Below are positions 12,298 through 26,895 of a stretch of 64,000 bases of DNA, piece after piece (position 1 is the stretch's first letter; each line of letters starts with the position of its first letter). The notes beneath the pieces are model-generated. The model was given only the letters and a program-made list of their open reading frames with translations. It was not told the DNA's origin and did no database searches. This DNA is from Paramecium tetraurelia (taxonomy: Eukaryota): assembly GCA_000165425.1 (NCBI GenBank), contig CT868005.1, positions 1-64,000 of the forward strand. Direction: 5' to 3'. The position numbers were made by a program, and so were the translations under genes.

Positions 12298-15200
12298 ATG
12301 AGTGATGATTAGCCTGAAGCAAACAGGCTATCAGTTAAACAATTGGCTGGAAGATTTCAGTCAATGATGAAAGCTGCACCTGTTTAGTAACAACAATAAC
12401 CTCCTCCTAGAAAATCTGAAGTTATTGCTAGAAATCCATAGCAGTAATTGTAAAACATGGAAGAAACGAATAAAGTTCTTAGCAAACTTGAAGTTGTTGA
12501 AAATGACGAAGATTCCAATCAAAGGTCTAGTGAAACAGTTGAATCATTGCAAAAGGTTATCGAGAATCTTTAAAAAGATTGCAACAAAAAGGATTAGAAG
12601 ATTCAGGACTTGTAAGAAAATTTAGTCATCATGTCTGATTAAATGAAATTTAGGGAATCAAAGATTCGAGAAGAGGTCTAATAGGAAACAAAAGAAACGA
12701 GTGAGTTTGGAAACGAAAGAGTGAAATTAATTACTGAATTGCGCAAGTGTTAAGTAGATCTATAAGAATCGTAAAAACAAAATGCTAATAAGTTCTCTCA
12801 AATTTAATAGTTGACAAATAAAGCAACTCAGATATAGAATTTGTCAAAACTAGAGATTGATAAATTAAAGTAGTAGAATCAAGAATTAGAGGAAAAACTC
12901 TTATAAAGCTAATAAAAAGTTGATTAATTAGCTCAAAAAATTGAAGAATTAAAAGAATTAAATAGCTAATTGAATCTCTAAAGTTAAGAGGTTGAAGATG
13001 TCAAATAAAAATTAGAAAAGGAATTTTAGTAGAGATATGATGAAGTCGAATTCGAAATTATCAATAATAGATAAATTATTGAGGATCTTTAAATTTAATT
13101 AAAGGAACTTAAGGCACTAAATTTATAATTAGAATCTGCTGCGATTAATGGAACATTTGATATGAAATAGCAAATTAGTTTATTGTAGGATTAAACAAAT
13201 GAGTTGTAAAACTAAAACCAAGAATTATAATAAAAACTTCATGCTAAATAAATTGAATTTGATCAAATGAATAAAGCCAAATCTAGAGAAATTGAAAAGC
13301 TTAAACAAGATAAAATTGAATTGCAGTAAGAATTAGAATAAACAAAACAAATATCTGAATAAACTTAGGCTGAAACTGAATCTAACTATAAAAATCAAAT
13401 GTTAATTTTGTAAGATAAATTTCAGAAAAGCGAGGAATAAACATCAAAATTAAATTAAAAAATCTAAGAATTATCTGCTGATCTCATTTAAGAAAGAATG
13501 CTCTACAAAAATAATGAATCATAGTTAAATGGAGTCATAACATAATAGAAAGATGAGCTATCCTAAAAATCAAGCCTGGTATTATAATTGACTGAAAAAA
13601 TCAGGATATTGTAAGATCACTCTATGTAATAAGAGACAAACATATCAAAAAATATTGATGACTATAAAGTTTTACTTGACTAAAATAATCAATAAATCAC
13701 ACAATTATCTGAATAAATAAAGTCGTTGAAGAAACAATAAAGATAATAGGAATAAGAAAATAAGTAGGTAATTTCTTAATATGAATAATAAATTAAGCAA
13801 TATTTGGCTGAAATTACATAAACCAAAATCCAAAAGAATGAATCAGACAACTAAAGACAAAATAGTGAGAGTTAATTAAGCTAGATTATTGAGAAATAGA
13901 AGGTCTAATTGCAATAAGCAAATGCAATTATTTAAGATTTGAATAACCAGATTGAATAATTCTAATAAAACATTTAAGATTAAGAAGAACAGAGAATGAG
14001 TGTGATATCAGTGAAATAGTCCTTGTTAATTGAGAAAGAAAGTCAAATTAATATGCTTGAATCATAAGTTATAAAATATTAAAATGAATTAACTCAAAAA
14101 TAAGACTAAATCATAATATTGCAATAATAATATGAGAAATAAAAATCAGACTTTAATTTAGCAATTTCTGAAAAGGAGAAAAATGCAAAGTTAACAAATT
14201 AATAACATTAAGAGTTATAGAATAAAGTTTCTGATTTGACTTTTGAGGTTAATTAGTTACGATCATTAGTTGATAAGGCAGAGGTGGACAAGGAATCAAA
14301 TATCCAATAGTATAATGAGGCAAATCAATAATTAAAAGATTAATTAAACACATAAAATAGTTTGATTTAAGAATTGCAAGAGTATCTAAAGGAAAGTAAT
14401 TCTAAAGAATAATTAGCCTTACAGAAGTCAACTCAATAGAGCTTAGAAATCAATTAATTATAATTGGAGATTGGAAAACTGAAAAATGATTTATCTTAAC
14501 AAGAATAAAAACAATCCTAAACTAATTTAGAGAATTCATATAAGTTGAAAGAATAATAGACCTAAAATGAAACTTTGAAGAATGACTTTAAGTAAATATA
14601 ATTAGTTTAAGACAAATTAAAATAAGAAAATTTTTAGTTGAACGAATAAATAAATGATTTGCAAATAAAACTGTAAGAGAGTCAAGAAAACCTAAAATAG
14701 ACCACATAAATAAATGAGAATTAAAAAGAATAGCTTTAAAAGTTAAATGATTAATTATATTAAGAATAGCAGAAGGAATCTGTAAATTAAACAGAGAAAT
14801 TTTATTTATAATAATTAATCTAATAGCATAAAGATTAAGTTAACGAAGTTCATGAAAAGAATAAGTTAATAACTAGCATTAGTGAGTCAAAAGATAAGTA
14901 AATAGAAGCACTTAAAAAATAAGGAGAAGATGCTCAAAAACATTATGAATAATAAAAATAAACTTAATATGAGGAGATGGTGTAATTAAAATAAAAATAC
15001 GAATAATAATTCCATATACTTGATGATGAAAAGAAGAGCTTAATAGCTGAATATACTAATAGAATTGCAAATTTAGAAGAAATCAATAATGATTATTAGA
15101 AAAATTCATCTATTGAATAGAGTCAATTCAATTAGGAGAAATTGAACTTAAAATAATAATTATTAGATCAGCAAGTAAAAATAGAAAAACAATTAAAGGA

Positions 15201-18200
15201 GATTGAATAAATGTAGGGTTAATTGGAACAGAAATAGTAGGAGATCATTTAGATTAATTTAAAAAATGAATGTGAAGTGTTATAATTGTCAGAAGAATTA
15301 GTTTAACTGAAATAATTAAACACAAAGCAAGTAGAAGAGATTAATGAAAGGGATCTAATGATCACTCTTCATTAAACATAAATTAATTTATAAGATGATC
15401 AATTTAGATTAGAAATTTCAAATTTAAATGTTAAGATAGATAATATTCTAAAGGAGAATTAAATTTAAATTGAAGATATTCATTCTAATCATCAAAAGTA
15501 ATTGTTACAAAAATAAAATGAAATTTAAGATAAAGAATATTAAATTAAGAAGCTTGATCAATAATTGTTTGATTATTAAGCTTAGATGGAATAAAGATTG
15601 GAATATATTTAATAAAAGGAGTAAGAAGTAGAAAAATTAAGTTAACATAATGATGTCTTAGAGAATGATGCTTAATAAAAGGAATAAGAAATAATTCAAT
15701 TGAAAAATCATAGTCAAAATTTAAGTGTTGAACTTGAGAAATTCAAATAATATTCTTAGTTGGAATAAGAAAAATAATAATAGGTGATTCTAGAATTAAC
15801 TGAAAATCTAAAGTAGTCAGAACAGTTGTTCAAATAATAAAACAAATCTATGGAAGATTAGATAAAGAGTTTAGAATAACAAATAACAAATTAAAATCAA
15901 AAGATAGTTCAATTATAAGATAGTATAAATCAATTGAATTAAAAGTATTAAGAATTAAAAAATGAAAAATAATTGAAAGAAGCTGAATATGAAAAGTAGT
16001 TATAAGAACTATAAAATCAGAGCGATATTCAAAATGAAGCAATCGATTCTCAAATCTAAACAAATGTTGAATAATCTGACTAGATTTCAAAATTGGAACA
16101 GAATAAGTCATAATTATTAGAAGAACTTTAAAATGTTGTTGAAGAAAAAAAACAGGTAGAATTAACATATAAATAAGCAATTGAAGATTTGAAGACAGTT
16201 CAAGATCAAAGAATAGCAGAGATCAATAAAAAGAATTAGGATTTAGTGCAACTTAAGAATATGATCTTGATATAAAAGGATGAAGAACTGGAGGAACTTC
16301 GATAATAGCTTTAATAAAGTTAAGAAGATTTTATTAAATAATAAAATCTGAATGATTCTTTATAAATCCATTCAAGAGAATTGAAAAATAAATTTGATGA
16401 ATATATAGAAACAAAGTTTTCAGAAGAGAAGCGATTAAATAATGAATTAGATTTGACTGAACAAAAAATAAATGAATTATAAGAACAAGTTGATCAACAT
16501 GCTGAAACAATACAAAACTTATAGGGAGATATTTAAAGAAAAGACTTAGAATATTTATAATTATAATCTCAATTATAGACAAAAATCCAATAGCACACTC
16601 TAGAACTTTCTGACCTTGGTGGAAAGATGAATGAGGAATAATTGAAGCATCAAATTGAAATTAATCAAAAGCAGCAAGAGATAAGTGACCTAAATTTTTA
16701 GATTTAAGAAGGTAAGGAGAAGATTGAAGAATTGTCAAATATTATTATTGATAAAGAAACAATGATTAAGTCTTTGGAGGAGACTATTGAAGGAAATACT
16801 AATTAGGTGCAATAGCAAAGTATTAAGATTCAAGAACATTAGAAATCTATCGAAGGGCTCACTTTAGAAAATCAAAATAAGCAAAAGTAGTTAGAATAAT
16901 CAGCCAAGATTATTAAAGATACATAAATAGAATTAGAAGAGTTGACAACTTAATTGACCGATTAAATTGAAAAGTTTAATCAAATTGAGGGATCGTATTT
17001 AAAATTGCAGCAATAAAATAAATCATTGGAGGAACTTTATAATAACACATTGAAATTATTAGAAACAAAGGAGGAAGATTTGACAACTACAGTAATTTAG
17101 AAGAATGAAGAGATTGCAAGCATTCACTTATCATTGGAAAAGCTAAAATAGGAGTCTGAAAAGGAGTATAAGCAATTGGAAGATTATTCATATGAGTAAT
17201 TATTGAAGAAAATGGATGATATTGCTTAAAAGGATTGGGAGATTGATCAACTCAATCAAGTGGTTCAGGATTTGAACTAGAAATTGCAGGCTGGTATGGA
17301 ATGTGTTGAGCAGTATGATAAAGAATTCGACAATCAAATAAAAGAGATTGATGAATTAAAATCTAAAATCAAATAGAAGGACAAGGAAATTAAAGAATGT
17401 AATGAGATTATTGAAAAATAGAAATTAGAAATTGAAGCTGTTAACAAATAAATGAATGAAGAACTTTAATTAGTAACCTAATCACTCTAGGAAAATTAAT
17501 CGAATTATGATCTTGAACTATAAGCTAAATTAGCTATTTTAAATAAAAAAGAAGCTCAGATCCTAAATCTAGATTTTCAGATTGCAGAATTCTAATAAAA
17601 TCTAAATTAATAGAAGGATTAAATAGAGGAATTAGTTCAAGAGAGAAATGTGCTAATTGAAAGATAAAAGCTGATAGAGGATGAAAAAAATTAGAGTGAC
17701 AAAGAATTCAAATAATAAATTTAAAGTTTGAAGGAAAGCTTATCTGAATTCGAAGAAAACTATAATTACTTGAAATAGTAACATGAAGAGGTATAAAATT
17801 AATTTGCTTCTTAAAAAGAGTTGTATAACGATTTATAATAAAAATATGAAGAGGATTAAGAGAGTAGTCAATAATTAATTTAAGATTTATAAAGTTAAAA
17901 GGATAAATAAAATATTGAATTTTAGAAGTACATAAAAGAATCAGATCTGAATATTCAGAAAGCAAATAATAAGATAAATCAAAAAGAAGAAAAAATTGCT
18001 CAATAATAACATTTGATAGAAACTCTGTAAAGTAATCTTGAAGATAAAAATTAATAGCATGATGAATAAGGATAAAGGTTATTTGAGAAATAAAATGAAT
18101 TGAATTAAGTTATTCTAGAAAAATAAACTAATGAGAAAAAGCTTAGTTAGCAAATTTAAGAATGCAATAATAAAATTGCTTCATACAATTTAGAAGTCGC

Positions 18201-20461
18201 ATAATTATCTTAATTAATAACTCTAAAGGAGTCAGAAAAGTCTTAATTATCAAAATAATTTGAGCAAACTTCAGACTAATTAAAATAACAGTTATTCTAA
18301 TAGACCTAATTCATTTAAGAACTTTAGGATTACATCAATGAAAGTTAAGAAAATGAATCAAAAGCAGGATAGAAGATTAATACTCTCAATCTATAAATTA
18401 GCACATTGGAATTTGAAATTTCTAATCTTAATTGCGAAATTCTCAAGCTGCAGAATACTATAAAATAATCGAAAGAAGAAAAATTAAGATTGGAAGAGGA
18501 TCATCAGCAAGATATTATTTAGATTCAATAATAATTGTAGGCTGCTATTAGTGCCAATCAATTATTGAAGAATGAAGCTCAAAAGAAATAAATTAATTTG
18601 TTTGAGAATGAATAAAATTTAAATAGTAAAATAGAACAATAAGTTTATGAAATTAAGATTTTAAAAGAAGAGATTTAGAGGCTCTAATTAGAAATGTAAA
18701 GGCAAGTAAAAGAAAGTGATTCTAATTTAAATAATAAAAATGAAATGATTGACCTATTGAAAAAATAGTTAATTGATATATAGAATAGCGCTGCTAATGC
18801 CGAAGAAATGAAGGATCTAATTTAAAGGCAATTACAAGACTAAAGTTAATCTCAAGCTCAATAATTAAATTAACAAATAAAAACGAGGGATGATCAAATT
18901 ACAAATCTTAAATAATAAATTTAGCAATTGTCTTAAAGTAAATAACAATAAGAATAGCTATTAACTGAATAAATTAGTGTTCTGAATTAATAAATAAGAT
19001 CAAAAAATGAATCTATGAATTAATTAGATGAGTCTATAAAATACTTTAAAAGTTAAATTGATTAATCAAATCTGACAATAACCTAATTACAATAAGAAAT
19101 ATAAAGTTTAAATAGTAAACTTCAATCTTCTAAAAACGACTAAAATCAAATTAATGAAGAGAACAAAGAATTGTAAAATAAAATTGAAATTGTATAATAA
19201 ATATCAAATACTGCGTAATCAGAATTAGAAAAGCTAAAGTAACAAATTTTGAAATTAGAAGAAGAAAAATAAAGACAAAGTGAGTAAATAAAACAACTGA
19301 GTTCTTAAATAAATGATCAAAATTCTTAAAATTTACAAATAACGCAAAAGTTGTTAAGCTAAAAGGAGGAGAAAGAGTTAATTGATCTATAATAGAAAAA
19401 TATTTAAGAATAATATTAACAACATAGAGAATAATCAGAAAAACAGATATATCAATTAACTAATAACGTTTCATAATTAGAATAGACTTTGTCGGAAATT
19501 TAAAATAATTTGTTGTTGGTGAATAAGTAAAAATCAGAATCTGAAGAAAAATTGAATAAATTAGGCCAATAATTATAAAATGTGAATTCTTAATTGTCAG
19601 ATTCAAGAGATAAATACGAAAGCGAGAATTAATAATAATTATAATAAATAAATAATCTTAGTTAAGAAAATTCAGAATTATAATAGACTCTCAATGAGAA
19701 ATTAGAGGAGTTAAGTAAGCTCTAGCTTGACAATACCAAATTAGTGTAAAATTAGAAAAAGGTTGATAAATTGGAAAGTTAAGTGTAAGAATTGAGTGCA
19801 CTAAAAGAATAAAATGGAAAGCAAATAGAATAATAAGAATTAAGACTGAAATCCTAGTAATAGGAGTTAGAGTAACTAAGAGAAAATTATAATTTATAAA
19901 AAAATCAATTGAATTCTTTGAATCAATAAATTGCATAATATGAAATAGATAAGGATAAGTTGAGCAAAGAGATCAAGTAATTATAGAGTCAGAATTAAAA
20001 TTATCTGAGTCAAGTTTAAAAGTATTAGGATTATATAAATTAATAATAATAAGAACTTGAGAAGAATACGATTTCAAACAGAAGCATAGTGATTAATGAT
20101 GCTTAAGGGTAATAATTAGAAGCAGAATTAAAGATCTTATAAGTTAAAGTATGTATTCTATTAATTAAATAGTTGGTGCAACAGTTAAATAATTATAAAT
20201 AGTTGATCTAAGATAAAAAGAATTAAGAGATAAAGGCCAAGATCAATGAGGATTTAGATTAGATAAAGAAAGATTACGTTATGGCTTTAGAGAAGATAGG
20301 AATATTCATAAGGGGCATAGAAGATTTAGAAAAAGTAAATGGACCAAAAAATTAGTAATATCATGTTTTTAATTTCTAGAAACGAATTAAATAAATCAAT
20401 AGCAGGACTTAAAGATTTTATTTCAAAGTTTGCAAGCACCATTTTGAAAGATATTAAATGA
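12298..20461 (+). CDS. giant Gln/Glu/Lys-rich coiled-coil protein (~2,700 aa)
   Basis: aaaATG at 12298 (MSDDQPEANRLSVKQLAGRFQSM...). The frame reads open with TAA/TAG=Gln to 20148, heptad-like throughout. Candidate introns at 20149-20172 and ~20355-20379; ends ...STILKDIK-TGA. Confidence 0.9.
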
Positions 20462-20594
20462 GTCATTGTGTATTTTCAATTTAATAATGTTCTTTTTTAA
20501 ACATTAATTTATTTGAATGATTCTTTAAAAGTAACTCATAATTTAAGTAAGTTTAGTACTTTTCTATTCAAAAAGGGAATTAATCGATATAATT

Positions 20595-21300
20595 ATGAGT
20601 GGGTATTTATTTTTTAGGTAATTATGAGAAGGAGAATAAGGATGCTTTTTAGAAGTGGTTATTTCTAGGTATAAAAAGAAATATGCATCTAAAAGGATTT
20701 CATTAAATTTATTTCCAGAAAGCTTTTCTAGTCACTCAAAAATTTGCAAAGTGCTCGACAATGGAATCTGTATTAATTCTGCATATTTGATCCCTTTATA
20801 AATACATTCGCAATAATTAATTGTTATTTGAGGCAATTCTATTTTACTGTCTTCGTCAAATTAGCTTTGGATTAACTACTTAAAATAATAGAGATCTAAA
20901 ATTAGTTTATTTTTATTTGAGTAAATTAGTGAAGTTACCTTAATGGGCAAATACTCTATGTTGAAGTTCAGGGTCAAAGGCTCCTGAAACCATTTAAGGA
21001 ATATCGCTATAACCACATTCTGGATTATTGGAATTTAGGTGTGTTGTTATATCATTTGTAAAATCTAGAACTTCCTTTTAAGGTCAAGACACCCTATTAG
21101 ATGTATTAGGCCATTCTGAATAGTAAAGTTGAGTTCCTCTAATGCATTAAAATTGATATTTTAATCATTCTTAGGCCTGAGAAATCATTAATTAAATAAT
21201 TATTGAATATAAATAAATCTATAGAAAGTAATCAAAATAAAGGTGAGAACTTTTTAATACATACTAGAAGAATGGGAGATGGGTTCTCCATTGTACTTAA
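20595..21300 (+). pseudogene. Ser/Thr protein kinase pseudogene
   Basis: APETIQ at ~20980 is followed, after a +1 frameshift, by EYRYNHILDYWNLGVLLYHLQNLELPFK (subdomains VIII-IX). Upstream subdomains are eroded; boundaries approximate. Confidence 0.6.
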
Positions 21301-22164
21301 ATAATTTATATATTTAAAACTATTAGGCTCCATATTATACTTGAATGAATTTAAATCAAAATTTGAAAAAAAATACACAAAAATAGCTATTTGAAGCACA
21401 ATCATCTTGCAAATTCATAAAGCCTTCTTCCCTACAATTTTGCATATTTTAATTGGCAAATTTACTATAATTAATAAAATAGTAATACTTTCTCTGTATT
21501 AGTCCATTTTTAATTATTAAATGTTCTATAAAACTTTAATACTACATCCTGATTGATAAAATTAACAAAAGCATATCCCAAATGGCCTTCATTCTTGAAT
21601 TATAAAATTTGAAATACATTGTTATCTAAAGGCAAATAGAAAAAATCATAAAGATTACGAAATTCTTTATTTAAAATATTTCTCAAATCGTTTGGCTTCA
21701 TGCTTCTGGGTATATTTTTGAGCATCAAAGTGGTTCTTTCATCTTTAAGAATCTATGTTTTTTAAAGAAAGGCTTTACATTCTCTTCTACGATCTCTAAA
21801 GATGCTTATTGCTATTATAAATATTTTTCATCGTTCAAGAATATAAGTTTGTCTTATATCAATTCTTAACTGAACTGTTCAAAATTTATTAAGCCATCTT
21901 CTTCAGGGACTAATAATTTAAACTCTAAAATGGATTATAAACTGAATACCAAAAGCACAAAGAGAAGCTTCAAATTTTTCATCAAAACTCAACAAAGGTC
22001 GTGGGATCTTAAGTTAGGAAGCTTCGAAAGATGAGTTGCTAGAACTGTTAGGAGACGCTGTTGTGTTGGTCTATGAAAACCTTCCTTTATTTGGAGTTGT
22101 TCTTAGAGTATAATCAACTAAATCACAAATCATTATTTAATAATAAAAACAATGGATCATTGTC

Positions 22165-25034
22165 TCATTGGTTTTCTAACTTTCTAATAGTAGCTCTTGT
22201 TTTAATTTATCTCTCAAAATTTGTTAAGCAATTAAGACAGTTCCACTTCCCTTACGGAACCTCCTTTAAATTAATACACTTTGGATGGAATACTTTTGGA
22301 CAAGTATCACAACAAATAACCTTTCCTCCTTTGTTACATTTCTTGCATCTGTCTTCCCATTTCGTTTCTGTCTCAGCGTACTAAGGTTTAACTTAGTTTC
22401 TTTTCCTCAAATTTTGAGTAACATACATTTATGCCTCCTAAACAAATTAAGGGGGAGGTTCGACTACCTTTTTAGCAACAACAACTACTTCTTCTACCTT
22501 TTTCTTTTCTCCAACAGGCAAAATTTATTATTGTATTTAAATCTTTTTTCTGTCAATGTAATCCTTAACTATTTAACCCAATACTTCTAAACAAATCTTC
22601 ATTTTTGCTAAATTGCAATCATATTTCAGTTGCTCAATTAAATTCTATCTTAAAGTTTCATAATAAGTGCCAAATAATTTCATAGGTAATTTCCTTACTC
22701 TTACTTTCCCAATATCCATTTATTCTAATTATTGTAACATAGTTTAAGGTTATTCATCAACAGAGGAATCATCTTCAACAACCTTTCTTCTTCTATTCGG
22801 TTATTAATAAGAATCGTCATCATTTTCATTTAATTATCTCTCATCCATATCCTCATCTAATCTGAGTTCTAACTTCTCTTGCATCATCGTATTATCTACA
22901 AAATATTCAATTGCTTTCCCTAAAGGTTTTAGATCTATTTCGTCATATTCTTGGGAACTCTTCTTTTCAATTACATTCTGAAAACTCTTTAAAAATTCAA
23001 CTCTTTATTCAGTGCTGCACCATCGTGAATTCTTCTCATTTAAATATAGTGTTAAACTTTATTCTATTTCAACGAATTCATTCACAAGTTTATCAACATC
23101 TAAATTGATTAAACTATTTAATCTCTCTATTTATTCATCACTTTAATTGTGACCTTCCTATTCAATATCATTCTCTACACCCTTCCCATTTTTATGATTC
23201 TCTTGTTCGATTTAATCATTCTATTCCTAATTTTACTCATTTATTTATAGTAATTTAGCCCTTTATAATTCAATTATGTTATTTTTTAAAGTGTTCTCTC
23301 GAACACCTTTTGGACATAAAGAATTGAGTAGATTTTAAATTTCAGTCTAATCATAAAATCCCCATTGTTATGATCGATCGTCATCAAGGATTGAATGTCT
23401 CATACATACAAAGATCTTATCAGGCTCATATAAAAAGAAGTAATAAGAACTATGTTTAGCATCCTGACCTAAGCACATGGATGGATTTAACAATAAAGCT
23501 GGCATTTAAGTAATTGCCAATTCCTAATAAGAATTTATTAATATGATTACCTTATCTTATTAATTATACCTTTCTGTTAGAGAGGCTATTTCTTTTTCTA
23601 ATTTTGAATATTGTTACTTTAACTTTTGGGCTTGTTTTTGAGCTTATTCCATTTACTTTGTGAATTTCTGTGATTCAACTCTTGTTAAGCCATCCTGTTT
23701 CAATTGAGACTAAAATATGATGTGGAACTATACTTTTGCAATTGAAATATTGCCTTCAGCTTCAATTATCTCTTTTTTAATGTCAATTTGTTGACTTCTC
23801 TATTATTTAATTTGGGTGCCTAATTATTGTTTGATTCTATTATTGGATAGGAGATTTTCAGTTCTGAATTAGTACAAAAACTGAGTCTTCTTTAGACCAG
23901 TCAATCCATCTGAAAGGGCTATAAGTAATTTACACACTTTCTTGGTGTCTGTGTAATCACAAAAATCTATCATTTCTTATTACAAAGGTAGAATTCCTTG
24001 TTTGTAGATATTGGTTGGCAATGATTTTATGTCATCCCGTAATAATTCATAATATCTGATTCTATTTGTAAACCACATGTATCCAAGGAGATGCCAATAT
24101 GGGATTTTCTAGAAGTATTGTTATATAGGTTACGTATGATTATTTTTACATCTATTCCTAATCTAAATCTTCAATAATTTGCTTAAGGTAGAAGTAGCAG
24201 AAAAAGAGGATCAATTCGTCAGGTTTGGTTTAGATTAAATTATATATCTCCTAACGAGTTTTTTAACTATAGGGCGTGTGGTTATCTTTGAAATGAATCA
24301 AGGTGCCGATGTTATTTACTTAACTTTACTCTTTTTATATAATGTATTGTAATACGTTCAGTTTACTGTTCTCCTGCGTAGAGGATGTCACTCACAATTT
24401 TATCCATATAATTATAGCTATCCCATATCTTAAGAATATCTTCAAAGAGGTTCTAGGGAATGGTTGGATCAAGTTGGAGTTGTGGCTTCTTTTTAATTTC
24501 AATGGTAAACAATTATTGATAAGCTGTCAGATATTCATCAAATATTGGAAAAATGACTCTTCCTTATTGGACATAGGTTGGATATTTTTATTGAAATTCT
24601 GTGTGTTTTTTCAATTTGTCTTCTTGTGGTTATAGGGTTTTCTGAAAGAATTCAGGGATTTGACTAGTTTTCTTCTTTTTCTATGGTTCCGAGTCTTTCA
24701 ATTTTCTCTTGGCCATTCTCTCTATACAAGAGAGACAGTACCATTTAGCACCTTCCTGGAATTATGGCTCTTTGTTTTAAGTTCGTATGCATTCCTTGTG
24801 GTATTTGAAGTGACACCTTATACAGATTATAGTTGGAGTGGATTGAGTAGTCACTTTGCATAATCGACATATAGATTTGTCACCAAATTGCTATTTACCA
24901 TCAATTGGCTTTTTCTAGTCTAGTTTCATAGCCATTTTCTTATCTTTCTTGTCCTTCTTCTTTTTTGGATTGTCTTCTACTTATGATTCCTCAATTATTT
25001 CATCCTCAATGTTTACTTCTTCCTCACTAGCCAT
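22165..25034 (-). CDS. PHD-finger / WSD (WHIM2-WHIM3) chromatin protein, BAZ/ACF1-like ISWI accessory subunit candidate
   Basis: N-terminal PHD (CRLCK..ICIRCHFKYHKEC..WYCLSC), WSD motifs LGQDAKHSSYYFF and WGFYDQTEIQNLLNSLCPKGVRENTL, C-terminal PHD (CKKCNKGGKVICCDTCPKVFHPKCINLKEVPQGKWNCLNC). Intron at ~23524-23550. Confidence 0.85.
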
Positions 25035-26895
25035 TAAGTATGTCTATGAATTATTTCAAATAATTTAAAACTGTGAATCCAAAAGAAGTGCTATTAACTT
25101 AATTACTAATATATTATAATATGCAAAATTATTTTTATAAACTCTCCTCAAGTGAGAGTGTTTTTTACCTCATTATACTTTCACTTCCTACTCATTTACT
25201 GATTTTAAACACACATCATTCCATTAATATTAATATCCAATAAAATAACAGTCCAATTAAACATCTCGTTAAACCATTTCTTTTGAACTCCCCCAATCCG
25301 AATAATTTAATCTCCTACTTTTCGACAATCTTAATTAGAATTACATTCACATCCACCTTCAATTCCTCGTATCTCTCTATTCTTTAGGCATATGGTTTAA
25401 TCTAGGCAATTTTCCAAGAACTTTGTTCAATCCACCTTCACTACAAATACAATAAGAAATATTGATTTCCTGTAATTCAAGAAAATGTTAGAGAAGTCTT
25501 AATTTACGATGAATTTCAATACTCAATTAAAAAATGGGAAGAAATAGAAATATATGAAATAGTGCAAGTCTTCAGAAACTAACAGGAATTATTAGTCAAG
25601 CTTAAAGAAATCAAAATAATATTTGGATAAGGAATCTGCTATAATAGGGAGCTCTAATTCTCAGCAAAGGCCAAGAAGGCTGAAGAAAAAGGTTTCAAAA
25701 TAGAATATCCAAATGTCATCATTGTAATCCAAATTGTCTCTCAAATAAGAATTACTCAAACATATTAATCATAAGCAAGTCGAAAAGCGAAAGGTTGATA
25801 TCACTAATCCAGAGGACTTGAGTACTATGCAATAATAATTGTTATCGCAATAAATACAATAGTAACTATCTCTGGAAGACACATAATTAAGCCTTATGAT
25901 GTAATAGCAACATGAAATCACTATGTAATTTATGCCAGATATTGTGAGGATTGTCAACCATTATATGAACAGTTAAAATAATAATAACAAATTGAAAATA
26001 TTGAGCTAAAAATAAAAGAAAGAGTAAGACAGAATTAAAAGTGAAATAAAGGAGATGAGAGATAAAGAGTCTTCGACAGTCATAAACTTGGAATTAAAAT
26101 ACTATTAGATTCTAATTATAAATGAAGAATAAATGTAGTATTTCTAATGTTATAAGAAGATTTGATTGAATAGAAAATTCAAGAAATGATCAAGTTGAAC
26201 AATGTGATTGAATCCTGACAACAAACAAATGATATCATATCAAATTTCATTCCTGAATTGAATAAATTAAAATAAATGAGATTTGTTCGAAAGTAAAATA
26301 TTATTATTCAAAGAACTCATGCTAGATCAATTAATCTAAAAATAGTGCTGAATGGAGTATATAAATTATAATTGACAAAGAAATAATGATTTAGATATTT
26401 CTAAATTCATTATAATTTTCATGAGTTAGAAACTTCAAATTCAAAGAACGAAAAAAATCATGAATATAAAATTATTCACACTCTAAAAAAAATTAGACTA
26501 TAAAGAGGTTTTTTAATCAAAAATAATCAAATAAATAAAGTATAAATTTATTTTTTTTTGGTGGTTCTGAGAGTGATAAGGAAGTGCTAAATCAAGATGG
26601 ACATGCTTCATATTTATGATCGGTATTAGGATAGTAACAAAGGGAAATTGAATAGATTGAAGTCAAATGGAAGAAGATATTCTTAAAAAAAAGGAAGAAT
26701 AAGATGAAGATGATCATGATTTGATGATTAATCGAAGAAGGAGGAACAAAATGATTGGGTTCTTAGAGGCGTCTCAAACAAATAAAGAATTATTAGAATC
26801 TTTAAATACATTTAATATTTATCTAAAGACTAATCTTGAATATTAATTATTTAGTAAACTTAAGAAGTTGTGTATTTATTGATAATTTTATATTA

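Noticed and set aside
15848..19936. Minus-strand hydrophobic ORFs in the supplied track (also 22061-24863 plus, 34076-34459 plus, 55812-56012 plus)
   Set aside because: Antisense shadows of real table-6 genes or pseudogenes on the opposite strand.
25240..25600. Possible P4-ATPase N-terminal relic (VREVLIYDEFQYSIKKWEEIEIYEIVQV)
   Set aside because: Resemblance is weak and short, with no downstream ATPase motifs.
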